Source of the DNA: Bigelowiella natans CCMP2755
Lineage: Eukaryota > Protista > Cercozoa
Assembly: GCA_000320545.1 (NCBI GenBank)
Contig: ADNK01001009.1
Location: 59,738 to 123,737 of the forward strand
Length of the DNA: 64,000 nt
Direction of reading: 5' to 3'
Position numbers and translations under genes: made by a program. Of the stretch, positions 53,516 through 64,000 are shown one piece after another (the first letter of the stretch is position 1; every line of letters begins with the position of its first letter). Under the pieces are notes generated by a model. It saw nothing but the letters and a program-made list of their open reading frames with translations. It was not told the origin of the DNA and did not search any database.

Positions 53516-54557
53516 GGATTTCGAAGGCTTTTCCATGTGTGTGTGTGTGTGTGTGTGTATTATGGATAAGAATTCATTTGTTCTATCAAACACAAACACA
53601 CACACACATATGCACACGTTGTAATCAAATACGATTTTGAGTAAGTCATCACGTGTTGTAGTTGTAGTAGTGATTGTAGTACCACAGCAACACCAACACG
53701 ACCGCAGCTGCTCCTAAAGAACAAACACATTTCACACAATACCATTCACGTCAAGAAGTTCCCCTGTCCAAAGCTTGCCAAAAACTATGACGCGGAGTAT
53801 GCGCTATAATGCTCGAGCACCGTGCGTCATCAACTTGGAGCTTCAAATGGTGAGAAACAGAAATAACAGTAAAAGTTAAGCATAAATCCACCTCAACTAT
53901 GGACGCATCCGGCTCCTTTGAACGCAACATGCCCCGCGTGCTCGAGAGGGTAATGAGGTCTACTCGGCGGCCTCTGTTATTATCATCGGTTGTCGCGAAG
54001 TAAAAACCAGTTATAATTTGGATATAACGAACAATATTCAATACAATATCATCTATATAATATATATATTTATATTTGTGTGTATGTGTGTGTGTGTATA
54101 ATACAAGCAGTACATATTAATTCAAATATATTCGACTCGAGGGATAGCGCCAACAGCTGGCGATGGTAATAGGTCCGGTACGTCTTGCTCTTCCTATCCC
54201 CCGAGCTTCCTCCCTTACTGCTGCTGCCATCCTGCTTCTTTGGAGCAGTGGAAGCTCTTTTCTTTACGATCTTCTTAAGGGAAAAGGGGACCTCCGGATA
54301 TCTGTGAGGAGGGGGGAAACGGGACAATTCTTGTTAGTAAGTGCTGGGGGTGATAGTATTCCTGCACGGTAAAGACGAAGGGTAGAGGGAAATCTCTCCT
54401 GGATATGCAGACGACAGCGCAATATGGAACTGATGCTTGAGCTGCGTAGGGCTGCTGCTTATGTCTACTGTACTCATGCACCACTACGACTGCTTTTTAC
54501 TTTCCATCCTCCTCTCCCGTGTCCTCGTGTACGCAACGTACCTTCCAGGGAATAAAG

Positions 54558-54618
<61 letters not shown>

Positions 54619-55678
54619 AGAGTGCACAAAGTCTAAAAAGTCTAATATATATGTAATATTTATATCATTTACACATTTCCGCCATCCACATCTATAGACA
54701 CAACTCTTGATTGTGCGCTCTCCAAAATGAGCAAATGACAAACTTTCGAGGCGCGTTTTGGATTGGATTATCTACTGGCGATTGCTGTTCCTACGTTTTT
54801 CATACTCCTCATCCTATTTTTGCTACAATACTGTAACCTCTACTACGTGCTACCGGGCATGTTGGACACTTGAAGTCGAACAACTCGTCAAGGCCTCTCA
54901 GATGGTGCTGCAGCTCCTGCATCCGATAACGCCCACAACGATGCATCAAGGGGGGAGGGATATAAGGAAGAATACTCAAAATAAAATGTATCAACTACTG
55001 ACTCAGAATTGGCTGGGAGGAGAGAAATAAGATCATAGTAATGAGAAGACACACATCGAATGAATCTAAAGTTTTAGCTTCTTCCCATCTCGAGACTTTA
55101 AAATGGATGGCATCTACTATAATGAGGCTACGTGATTTGCTCATTAAGCCCTCATCGCCCTTTCCCAGTCACAAATTATCTTAGGTACCGTGTATGAGAA
55201 CGGCAAGCAAAATGCGAAGTAGACGATGTTCTGAGGTGAAAAGAAGATGCAGAGAAGAGAAGAGGAGAGAAAAAGGGAAGAGGAGGAAAACAATCCATTA
55301 AGAATGTCAACAAGCTATTGAATGTGAGAAAAATTTACACTCGCACGCACAACATTAATCTTACTTACAGAATGGATTTAGTTCTTTACAAATTCACACG
55401 CACGCGCACGCTCGCGCGCGCGTGCGCGCGCGCACACACACACAGTCATCATGTAATTGAAGGAACCTGCGAGTATTCAAACGTGTAGGTCATGGTGAGA
55501 GTCATGCCGCGTATAGCCATCGATGATGTATCACTGTGAAAACGATAACGACACATGTCAGTCACGATTATAGGAGTGTGAGAAAAGCATTGTACGACGT
55601 AGCTCAAGAGTGTACCATCCACGTCGAAGTGTTATTGATATACAGAGAGACCATCACCACAAACGTGTTAAGAGGGGA

Positions 55679-55714
<36 letters not shown>

Positions 55715-57022
55715 ATAATATATCTGTATTCTATCAATACCTGGTTATCGGTAACTGCTCGAATTGAGCTGGGTGACCTTGATTCACATCATTACTTCAG
55801 TATATTCAGCAAAACCTTCACACACTAATTTGTGTTGAAACTGGACTTGTGCTGCCCATCAAATTTCTCGCTATATTTCATATTCCACTGCATCCTTAAT
55901 CGTACTAAAAGCCGAAATTTATACTGCGAATATGCATGAAGGATGTATCCAAGAAAGGGTATGTGTCTACAAAAGTTTCACATTTGATCAAAACAATACG
56001 TATTTGAGATAAAATGTCAATCATCACCGTCTGGCCGACCAGTCCCTCGAACAGGGCAATGACGTGTATGCAACCGTGGTTTTTGATAATTACTCCTAGG
56101 ATCATGTTCCACAACACAGATAGTGATAGTAATGAATGAAAAGTTAAAATCGTGGCGCGTAGTAAAGTGAAAGAAAATTCGACATGATAAAGGTATGTAC
56201 ATTCCTTGTCGATTGTGCTATTGCAGGATAGTGGCAAATAAAACATATGGGGAAAGTTTCTCTTAGACAACGATTCGTACCATTTCAATTCGTGCTCTTC
56301 TGCAACGTATTTGTAGTCCCTGAAGCTGACCGATTCTTTCAAAAAGCGCCTGCATCACCACATACCGTCCGGAAATGCTCAATGCAAACCAATGTGGTGG
56401 TGGGATCAGTGTTGTTCGTGGAACGTATGAGAGTGGTGTAATGCTGTTCTTGGGAAGTGAAATAATTTTAGAGATACAACAGCGCTCTTTGATAGAATAT
56501 CACCAATGCGGCTTCGAAGGCACGGACTTGACATATGGCCGCATGTCGCGCGAGTAGAGCTTGCTCTTGTCATTTAAGTTCATAATCTTCAGCACGATTT
56601 TCTGCGATGAAGAATTGTTCCAGTGAGTCTCGTTGCCAATTATATAGAGCACCTCTCTTGGAGATGGGGCATTTTTGCATTTGCGTGCACGCGCGACAGC
56701 TGGACAATTTGAGAGGGCAACAACATGAATGTTTTTCCACGCACCTCGCCTGCCTTGCCTCCCCCAACTGAGAAGTGAAACCACGTGCGATAGTTCGTCC
56801 GAACCTGTGCAAGAATAGATCCGAGGGGTGACGAATGGACAGCATTCCCTAACATCGGTCTGGCTGCCCAGCCCGTACGTGTTAGCTACAACCAACCTCG
56901 TCGAGATCGGCACAGTCAGGGCGAACCCACAGGCGAAAAACGCCAGCATTCTCCTCCACCTTCTCAAGATTGCCTGAGTCAAAGTCCGAGCGAAAACGAA
57001 GATGCTCGAATGTCCAATCCAT
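50026..57022 (-). CDS. AGBL5: Cytosolic carboxypeptidase 5-like (M14 tubulin deglutamylase), multi-exon
   Basis: FRSDFDSGNL, LWVRPDC, RTWFHFSV, IMNLNDKSKLYSRDMRP, YFAFCLPFSY, GRRVDLITLSS, VPMINPDGV, GHYRTDTLGQNLNR, DLHAHASK, HCYTVECNYHTG, FEHMGAAI. The start may extend to ~57118. The HxxE exon was not found. Confidence 0.85.
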
Positions 57023-57559
57023 CCTCCCAATTCCCTAGCAGGTGGACCGGGGAGGAGAAGGGTGGCGATCAGTTACCGGCCGTTGAGGCCCAGTCGTCGT
57101 AAGTCGTAAGTTGCACATGTTCATTGTCTCTCACCAAAATTGCGCTTTGTTTGTTCTTTTAAGTAGAACACCTGTGTTTTGCAAGAAAGACAAGGACTCT
57201 TCGTTGTCGAAAGTTACTTGGTCGTTTCGGCATCGTGAATGCCCATCTCTCACACGAGCGCGTATCCCAAAGATCGCTCATGTGAGCGATCTTGCTCCTC
57301 TGATGAAATCGAAAATTCTATTCTAGAGGGTTGACTTAGTGGTCAACATCTTTTCCAAATGCGGTAGATGTACTGTAGAAAGGAAGGATAGGGGAATTTC
57401 ACTGGCTGGGTATGGGTGTCAATGAATGGAAGGGTATGTTTCGAGTGGATTTTCTTCTGGTTCCTTTTCCATCACGGGGTACAAAGCACTTTCCCCCCCT
57501 TTCTCACAGCAACTCTTTTTCCTTTGCGATTGCGACTTTTTTTAGGGTAAAATAGCAAA

Positions 57560-58700
57560 GTACATGAAAGATGATGCGGTTTTGCATTCTTTAGAAGTTA
57601 CTTTGAGAAGCTGAAGAGGCTTTTAACTCTCTTAGAACAATAATTTGGCAAAGTTACAATGCCGATGATGCCATTCCACAGCGACAATTGCAATTCATTC
57701 GAAAATGCAAGGCATGTTTTCAATTTTCACGGAGAAAACCTCTGGTTTGAACCTCCCAAATTTGAAGAGCTCTTCCAATTACTACTACTACGTAACTACT
57801 ACTACTACTGGTCCTACCATCACGAGCTGAACTGAGCTCGTATGACCGAGAAGGTGAAGAAAATTGCAACTGCATGTATGAAAACGCGTGAGATTTTTCA
57901 CACTTAATGGACGAGAGACTAGCATGTGTTTCAGATTTGGCTAATGATGCGCTAAGAGTCCGACAAAACACCGAACATTGCTGATTTTATCAGTAGTCTT
58001 CTGGCTACTTCTCAAGCACCTCCGCGGTCGTATGCTACAATTCATCCAAGCTTACATCTCCCCCCCAGCTTGAGTTAACAAGTGACAAGATCAAGCTTAT
58101 ACCTATACGAATTCGACCGAGGAACAAATAGCTTCTCAGTCATTACCATCTCTGCAATTTGAGTCGTGGATCAACAGGTTCGCTGACGTTTATCTTAATC
58201 GAAGAAATGGTGATGCTTTCCACCTCGATATATCCCGTTGTGGTACGGAGGTGAAATATGAACAAATGAGAGCTATGTACATGGACTTTGTGAAGAGTCT
58301 CACAGTTTGTGCTATTATTCTCAGATTTTTCCTGCGTAGGATGATTTGTGGCATAATTTCTATAATCCTTGAATACCTTATGGGAAAACGGGTCGGGCCT
58401 CATATGACATGAATATGTAGTTTTTCTCTTTACCTTTCTCAATAGTACGATTCGGTGAAATAATCACAACCTAGAAATTGCGCCGTAAATTTAATATATC
58501 TAAACTAATAGCAAAAATAAATCGAAGAAAACTATGTTCAACAGCTCGAGCAGGAACAAATGGTGCGGAAGCGTGTGACCCCTCTTGAGCTCGAGCTCGA
58601 GGCTTTCTTCAATACCGGGCAAGAAGATGAAGAGATTACTACTTCAAAGGCAGGTTCCATAGTGAGGAAGAGAGTTTCTCCACTAGTACTATTCTTATAA
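57560..58700 (+). CDS. Hypothetical small membrane protein, multi-exon
   Basis: Coding-like exons VFWLLLKHLRGRMLQFIQAY, SLTFILIEEMVML..., MICGIISIILEYLMGKR|LEQEQMVRKR with GT-AG borders. Ends unclear. Confidence 0.35.
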
Positions 58701-58805
58701 AAGCGTGCAACCCCTCCTGTTCCTTCTATATCGAGCAAAAGGATCAAGAGACTACTCTTGACTCTAGTTAAGAAAAGAGTTTCTCCATCAGCACTATTCT
58801 TAAAA
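58569..58805 (+). repeat. Degenerate tandem duplication (~100-130 bp unit)
   Basis: aagcgtg..acccctc at 58569 and 58701; agagtttctcca..ag.actattctta at 58671 and 58776. Confidence 0.65.
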
Positions 58806-59405
58806 GTAAAAATAAGCTGCTAACATGTTGCCTAGATTACATTAATAAGAGTGTTTATCCATTAAATAATACACAGGACATATTAGCTGTAATGTTAGGA
58901 GTCTTTTTGTTATCTATAAACCCTGTTGGGCTGGATTAACCAGCATGCAGCTGCGCTTCAAATAGATAGCTCGATGGGAGTAAACAAATACGCATCTAGA
59001 CATATAGTGCATTTATTCTGTACGTTAATATGATTAGCCAGGCGTGCTGGTGGAGCACTAAATGTCACAAAATTGAACAAATGCATGTTTTGCTCATTTT
59101 GCATACAAAGTTTAGTTAACTGCATTTGGTGCGACTAGAGGAACACACTTTTACACTGTCTACACACAAAGTTAGCTATTCAAAGCACACATTAACCTAG
59201 CAACTCGAGCGCGCGTAGGCAGCAGCAGATGTGAATTTTGCAAGCCTGAACATGAATGCACGTAATGTCATAGCACATTGACATGACATGTGCCAATGTG
59301 CACGCATGTGCATGTACTTGATGCAACATCAATTGTAGTTCGTTATGAGTTTGGTGCTGCCAGCGTACATGCTAGCATGGCCTTACATAATTGACCTAAT
59401 TTCTC

Positions 59406-61760
59406 CTATGACTGAGAGGGGCCGAGCGACAACGAAAGGTATTTGCTCATCGGGACTTGTTTCTTTGATATACTCTTCCTCTTTGTCGTTGCTTTCTTCT
59501 TTCTGGCGTTACTGTTGCTATTGCCACGCTTTTTCAAGGATGAAGTACTTGCCGGCTTTCCCTTTTTTTTAGCAGGAGCTGTGACACCACCTCGGGTACC
59601 ATCTCTCCGCCGTTTCCATTGCTTCTTCTCTTTCTTATCTTCCTCTTCCTCGAAGCCGAAGTCGTCGTTTTCATCATCCTGATCATCGCCCTGGCCATCA
59701 TCCTCTGGCTCGTAGCTCGACTCGGACAAGACTTCGATCACTTCGGGTCGACTACGCTGCTTCTTCACATGGCCTCGTTCCTGTTTCGCCTTGACCGTCA
59801 CCTTCCTCTTCTTGCCTGTCGTCGCCTTAACGCTATTTTTCTCCGGAGATGGGAGCTCGAAGCTGGATTCGGAATCATCGCCATCGTTTCCAAGGTTGCT
59901 ATCATCAATGCCCCCGAGAAGTGCCGAATTATCCTCTTCGTCTCCAGCCTCTTCCACGTAGCTCACAGGCGCCCTTTTCCTCTGTGGCCTTCGCCGTCGT
60001 TGCTGTTTGTTACTTTCCCCGTCACCCTCGTTTCCCTCGGTGGGGGAGCAGCCACTCTCAGTTCCTGCACGTCCCCTCCCTCGCCGTTTTTCCCCTGATT
60101 TCCTTCCTGGGCTGCTGCTGCTACTTAATCCTGGTGCACTTACGGACTTAGATTGGAGTTCTGCGTCACTATCGTGCATGCCAACTCTATCGTCGTCTCC
60201 GCCGGCGATGCTATCGGCCGGGCGGGAGGCGCACAGAATCTCGTCTATTCGATCTGTCGTTGCTACATCGGCCTCGGCGATAATAGACTTGATATTACTA
60301 CGAATGGTATCCTCCATGTAGTCTTCCATCGCGTCAAGCTCAAACTTGTTGACGAATGACTGGAGGGCGTCGTTCATCTTCTTTGGCGCCACGATGTCCA
60401 TGGGCTTGGAGGACACGGTGAGGTGTTTCACGATGAGCTCATGGATAGGGGGGGCCTTCCCATCGTCCCGCTCGATAAGCATATCGTTTACGAGCGACTT
60501 CATGTTGTCTTTGGCCGTCTTCTTTGGCGCTGCTCTCTGCTTCTTGCTGAAGAGCAAGATGTCCTCTGGGTTAGCAACTTTCCCAACAAATTTCTGACCG
60601 AATCTTGCCGAGGAGAACTTCCGATATCCATTGTGATCCACACGGATACGAATCAGAGGTAGCATCTCTTGGGGTAAAGACTGTGAAGCCCTCCTATCCT
60701 CGTCTTCTTCCTCATCCTCCTCCGGTTCGAAGCCAAGCTCCTTCTTCACCGATTCGATGATCTCCTCAACCTTAGCCTGAAGGTACTCCTCAACGTCTTC
60801 CTCATCAAGATTTAGCTCTGAAAGAACGACGTCCTGCATTTTGAATGGACGCACGGTCTGCAGTTTCTTTTTGATCATCCTATACTGGTCCCCCTTTATC
60901 TCAAGAATCCCCACGTGTTTAGGCACCGTCTCGCCCTGGCTGAGAGAGGTTGCTATGGAGGATCCGGGCTGTGTAACAAAGTACCGCTTTTGAACGCTCT
61001 CGACGGGGTCGATCAAGCACTCATGCTCGTGCCCCCAAACGACAAAATCCAAGAAAGCTGGCAGCATCGACTCACTGATCGAGTTCTTGTAGAAAGCATT
61101 CCTCCGCAGCCTGTTCTGATGCAGGACGAATAGGTTGAAGTAGCTGTCCTTGTCCTCCAGGGGGCGCACCCACTGCACCTTCTTGGACTGGAAAGTTCGA
61201 TGAAGTCGTTCCTCTCTGACGGATCCGAGCCCGTATAGGGCCAGTTTTGTCGAGCCCTTGTGCATGAGGATGGGGAAGAGCTTGATGTCGTTGATATTGT
61301 GCGCTTTGCCAAAGTAGTTGACAAGGTTATGCTGCCCGAGCAGGTCGAGAGCGGAAAAGCTACCCATCCCCATAGGATCGTCGTGGTTGCCGTGGATTGA
61401 AAAGATGGGCAGGGAAATATTGTAGTTCGGGTTCTCGTAGTTGACACACGCTGTGTCAGGGAAGTTGATGGACTGATCGCTCACAATCTCAAAGTGCACG
61501 GGGTCGTCTCCTAGGCAGTGCTTCCGCAGTATCTCCCCTGCCTTGAAGAACGTCGATCTCGACGGCTTGTTCTCATGGAAGAGGTCCCCCCCCAGCAGGA
61601 CGAGGTCTACCTTCGCAGCTTTGGCAATGCGAAAGATCTCCTCGAACGTGCGGAAGGAGTCTTCTCCGCGGATGGGGTCCTTCTCAAGGTATCCTAGGTG
61701 GTTATCAGTCGAGACGAGGATTCGAATGACGTCTTTTGGAGGCGCTTTGTTGTCCGCCAT
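59406..61760 (-). CDS. MRE11: Double-strand break repair nuclease MRE11, intronless
   Basis: Phosphoesterase motifs TDNHLG, GGDLFH, IHGNHDDP, LHQNR, WGHEH, plus QPGSSIATSL, PLIRIRVD and RFGQKFVGKVANP. ATG at 61760 (MADNK). Confidence 0.97.
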   Translation of the reverse strand: MADNKAPPKDVIRILVSTDNHLGYLEKDPIRGEDSFRTFEEIFRIAKAAKVDLVLLGGDLFHENKPSRSTFFKAGEILRKHCLGDDPVHFEIVSDQSINFPDTACVNYENPNYNISLPIFSIHGNHDDPMGMGSFSALDLLGQHNLVNYFGKAHNINDIKLFPILMHKGSTKLALYGLGSVREERLHRTFQSKKVQWVRPLEDKDSYFNLFVLHQNRLRRNAFYKNSISESMLPAFLDFVVWGHEHECLIDPVESVQKRYFVTQPGSSIATSLSQGETVPKHVGILEIKGDQYRMIKKKLQTVRPFKMQDVVLSELNLDEEDVEEYLQAKVEEIIESVKKELGFEPEEDEEEDEDRRASQSLPQEMLPLIRIRVDHNGYRKFSSARFGQKFVGKVANPEDILLFSKKQRAAPKKTAKDNMKSLVNDMLIERDDGKAPPIHELIVKHLTVSSKPMDIVAPKKMNDALQSFVNKFELDAMEDYMEDTIRSNIKSIIAEADVATTDRIDEILCASRPADSIAGGDDDRVGMHDSDAELQSKSVSAPGLSSSSSPGRKSGEKRRGRGRAGTESGCSPTEGNEGDGESNKQQRRRRPQRKRAPVSYVEEAGDEEDNSALLGGIDDSNLGNDGDDSESSFELPSPEKNSVKATTGKKRKVTVKAKQERGHVKKQRSRPEVIEVLSESSYEPEDDGQGDDQDDENDDFGFEEEEDKKEKKQWKRRRDGTRGGVTAPAKKKGKPASTSSLKKRGNSNSNARKKKATTKRKSISKKQVPMSKYLSLSLGPSQS

Positions 61761-62093
61761 CGCTCGAACCGACTTCCGAGGGTGGGGGGGGAGGTGGGTT
61801 TTGGCGGGAAGGTCTTCTTCGATCTGCCTGTCGCACTGATTCACTTCGTTTGACTGTCATTCGAAGGGATTTGTTGCGTCGAATCTACGATGTTTTCTCG
61901 ATATTATATCTTCTAAAACGCAGTCGAGAAGGCCAGGTCGGACGCTTTCCATGTGTGAATGTTCAAAACTCCTAATTAGGATATAATCTATACCGAATAC
62001 TTCTTATCATATTTGAACAAAATACAGAAGGCTCACACTTTCGTGCAGAGTTGAGAACCAGAGAGGAGCATCGATCAGTGGAGTGGGAGGAAA

Positions 62094-63236
62094 ATGTTCG
62101 AAGAACCGCCCATATTTGTCACCCTACCCGCGCCACTCGCTCCCCTGCCCCTGCCCTATCCCCCGTCTATCGAACTATACCGAATCGAAAGATTCTTACT
62201 ACTCCCTGGTTTTATTATTTCTGCTCAGGCTCAACATCACAGTTGTCTTTAAGGGCGAGGTAGCTTAGCTTGTAGGAAAACGAAATACTGTTCGTTGCGC
62301 TTACATATTACGCATTTGCAGACTCATGTGCTCGAAGTCGACGAGGACGACACCGTGGAAACTCTGCGTATGTTCATCTCACAGCACACATGCACACCTG
62401 GAAGTGAGCTTCGTTATTGAATATCTTTGACGAACACGCTTGGAACGTCGATTTCTCGAGGAATTGAGCCCTTATTCCAGCTTGCTTGCATTTCTTCTCA
62501 TCCCATAGAATTCCAGATATTTTCTCTGCTCGAGCTTCCGCCAGAAGAGCAGTCCCTCTCAATCGCAGGGAGGGAGAAGGAGAAGAAGAAATGGGATCCC
62601 GAGGCGAGACTAAAGACCGTCGGGGTGATGGAAAACACACAGATTACCATCTCCCTTGCGAGTCAGCAGGTCGCTATTTGTTTATACGATATTCTAGAGA
62701 ATTTCTCCTTTTCATACTATGGGAAGTACAATTACAATACTAATTTCGCCTTCGACAACACGAACGACTACGATGGCGACGACGAGCATATGGCTGTTCC
62801 AACTTGATTCTTGGTCGGATGTATCACGGTATGGTGGTGGACTCATTTTTCAGGGTGGAGAAGGAGGAAGCGCTGGAAAGGACAGTTTGGAAGCAGCCAC
62901 TGAAGGTCGTGTACATGCACAGCGGTATCTATCTCTTGCTGCATGAATGCTGAGTCAGGGGGCGCGGACCAATGCTGCAATGCTCATTTTAGGTGATGAG
63001 AAAAGAGCAAACGCTACAGATACGAAAAATGTGAAGGAGGGACAAGCTAGTTCGGCTGACAGTCCCTCGGGGTCGAGTTCTCCTTCTTCTCCATCTTACG
63101 ACAGCAAAGTAGCGCAGCTGCTGGGCATGGGGTTTGACTACGACAAAATCATTCCCGCACTAAAACAGGTTCGTTGTTCCGTTATTCATTCTACAGGGCT
63201 ATTGCTCAGTAGAGGCATTTATAGGCATACACCAAC

Positions 63237-63267
<31 letters not shown>

Positions 63268-63458
63268 CGACGACGATGACGACGACGACGACGACAACTA
63301 CTACAATAATAATAACAGCAAACACCATGACCTGCGCTGGCGCTTAATCGTGCGTTCGTGGCTGACTACTACATGATACTACAGTGCGGACTTGATGTAC
63401 AGCGCACGGCAACATTTCTTCTTACTGGCGTAGATCCGGTCATACCATTCACACACTT

Positions 63459-63521
<63 letters not shown>

Positions 63522-63901
63522 AAAGCGTGCATCTCCAACCATTCTCATCCTTCATTTTTCATCATTATCAGTAATAGAGAAATATGACTGATCCCAATGC
63601 GCAACACAGATCGCTGCAGCGGCCACGCGGCGACCACCTCCTGCCGTACAGAAAATGAGCGTAAGCGAAGAGGCACATCATCACAATTGGGAGATTTTCC
63701 CGGAAAAAAACGAAACATCCAACATCAGCCACTGTCGTCGAGTTTTGTTCTTGAAGAAGAGCAGTCTCTCCATTCTCCATCACAATCACGTACTTCAATG
63801 CTATCCTTATCAGGCTAGAATCCAGTCTCTTGCCCGGCACACGCAAGGTGCAGGAAGCGGGGGGGGGCGCTAAGAGCGAGGATATCTAATGAACATATAA
63901 T

Positions 63902-63942
<41 letters not shown>

Positions 63943-64000
63943 CTGTGTGCACATAAATATGTATCAAGGAGGAATGTACTTATTATGATTATGATTATTA
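62094..64000 (+). CDS. Ubiquitin-like + UBA domain protein, 5' part (possibly peptide:N-glycanase); truncated by the window end
   Basis: Spliced MLNITVVFKGE|THVLEVDEDDTVETL|QFQIFSLLELPPEEQ (UBL) and KVAQLLGMGFDYDKIIPALKQ|CGLDVQRTATFLL (UBA, MGF motif). Confidence 0.7.

Noticed and set aside
54390-54420. LSSAYPGE as the missing CCP HPGE motif
   Set aside because: Out of order relative to the other exons, lacks the His, and is probably intronic.
1-64000. Bacterial contamination (uvrB/uvrC, rnmV); tRNA or rRNA genes
   Set aside because: uvrC-uvrB has many spliceosomal introns and eukaryotic neighbours. No tRNA or rRNA was recognisable by eye.

Overview
Eukaryotic nuclear DNA: gene-dense, intron-rich, with many microsatellites in the introns. 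Nuclear genes of bacterial type carry long signal/transit-like N-termini, so the host is probably a secondary-plastid alga such as a chlorarachniophyte (inference). I spliced about 15 genes by hand: an FBXO15-like F-box protein, mitochondrial ATP synthase subunit g, a type-I membrane protein, a GAS2-type calponin-homology plus fascin-like protein, an N-acylated protein, a bacterial-type RNase M5 with a PDZ-like tail, a UvrC-UvrB fusion, a divergent intronless eIF2-beta, a CCP5/AGBL5 deglutamylase, an intronless MRE11, a UBL-UBA (possibly PNGase) gene and several hypotheticals. The strongest signal is not a gene. A ~2.5 kb block (42220-44740) has almost no TpA; the five survivors I counted are all in CTAG, while CpG is kept. 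Smaller patches with the same signature lie just downstream of gene 3' ends, mostly between convergent genes, and repeat copies in the window differ by TA versus CA/TG. This suggests an undescribed, context-specific TpA->CpA/TpG mutational or base-modification system, in effect a reverse RIP. Exon boundaries and dinucleotide counts were done by eye and are approximate.
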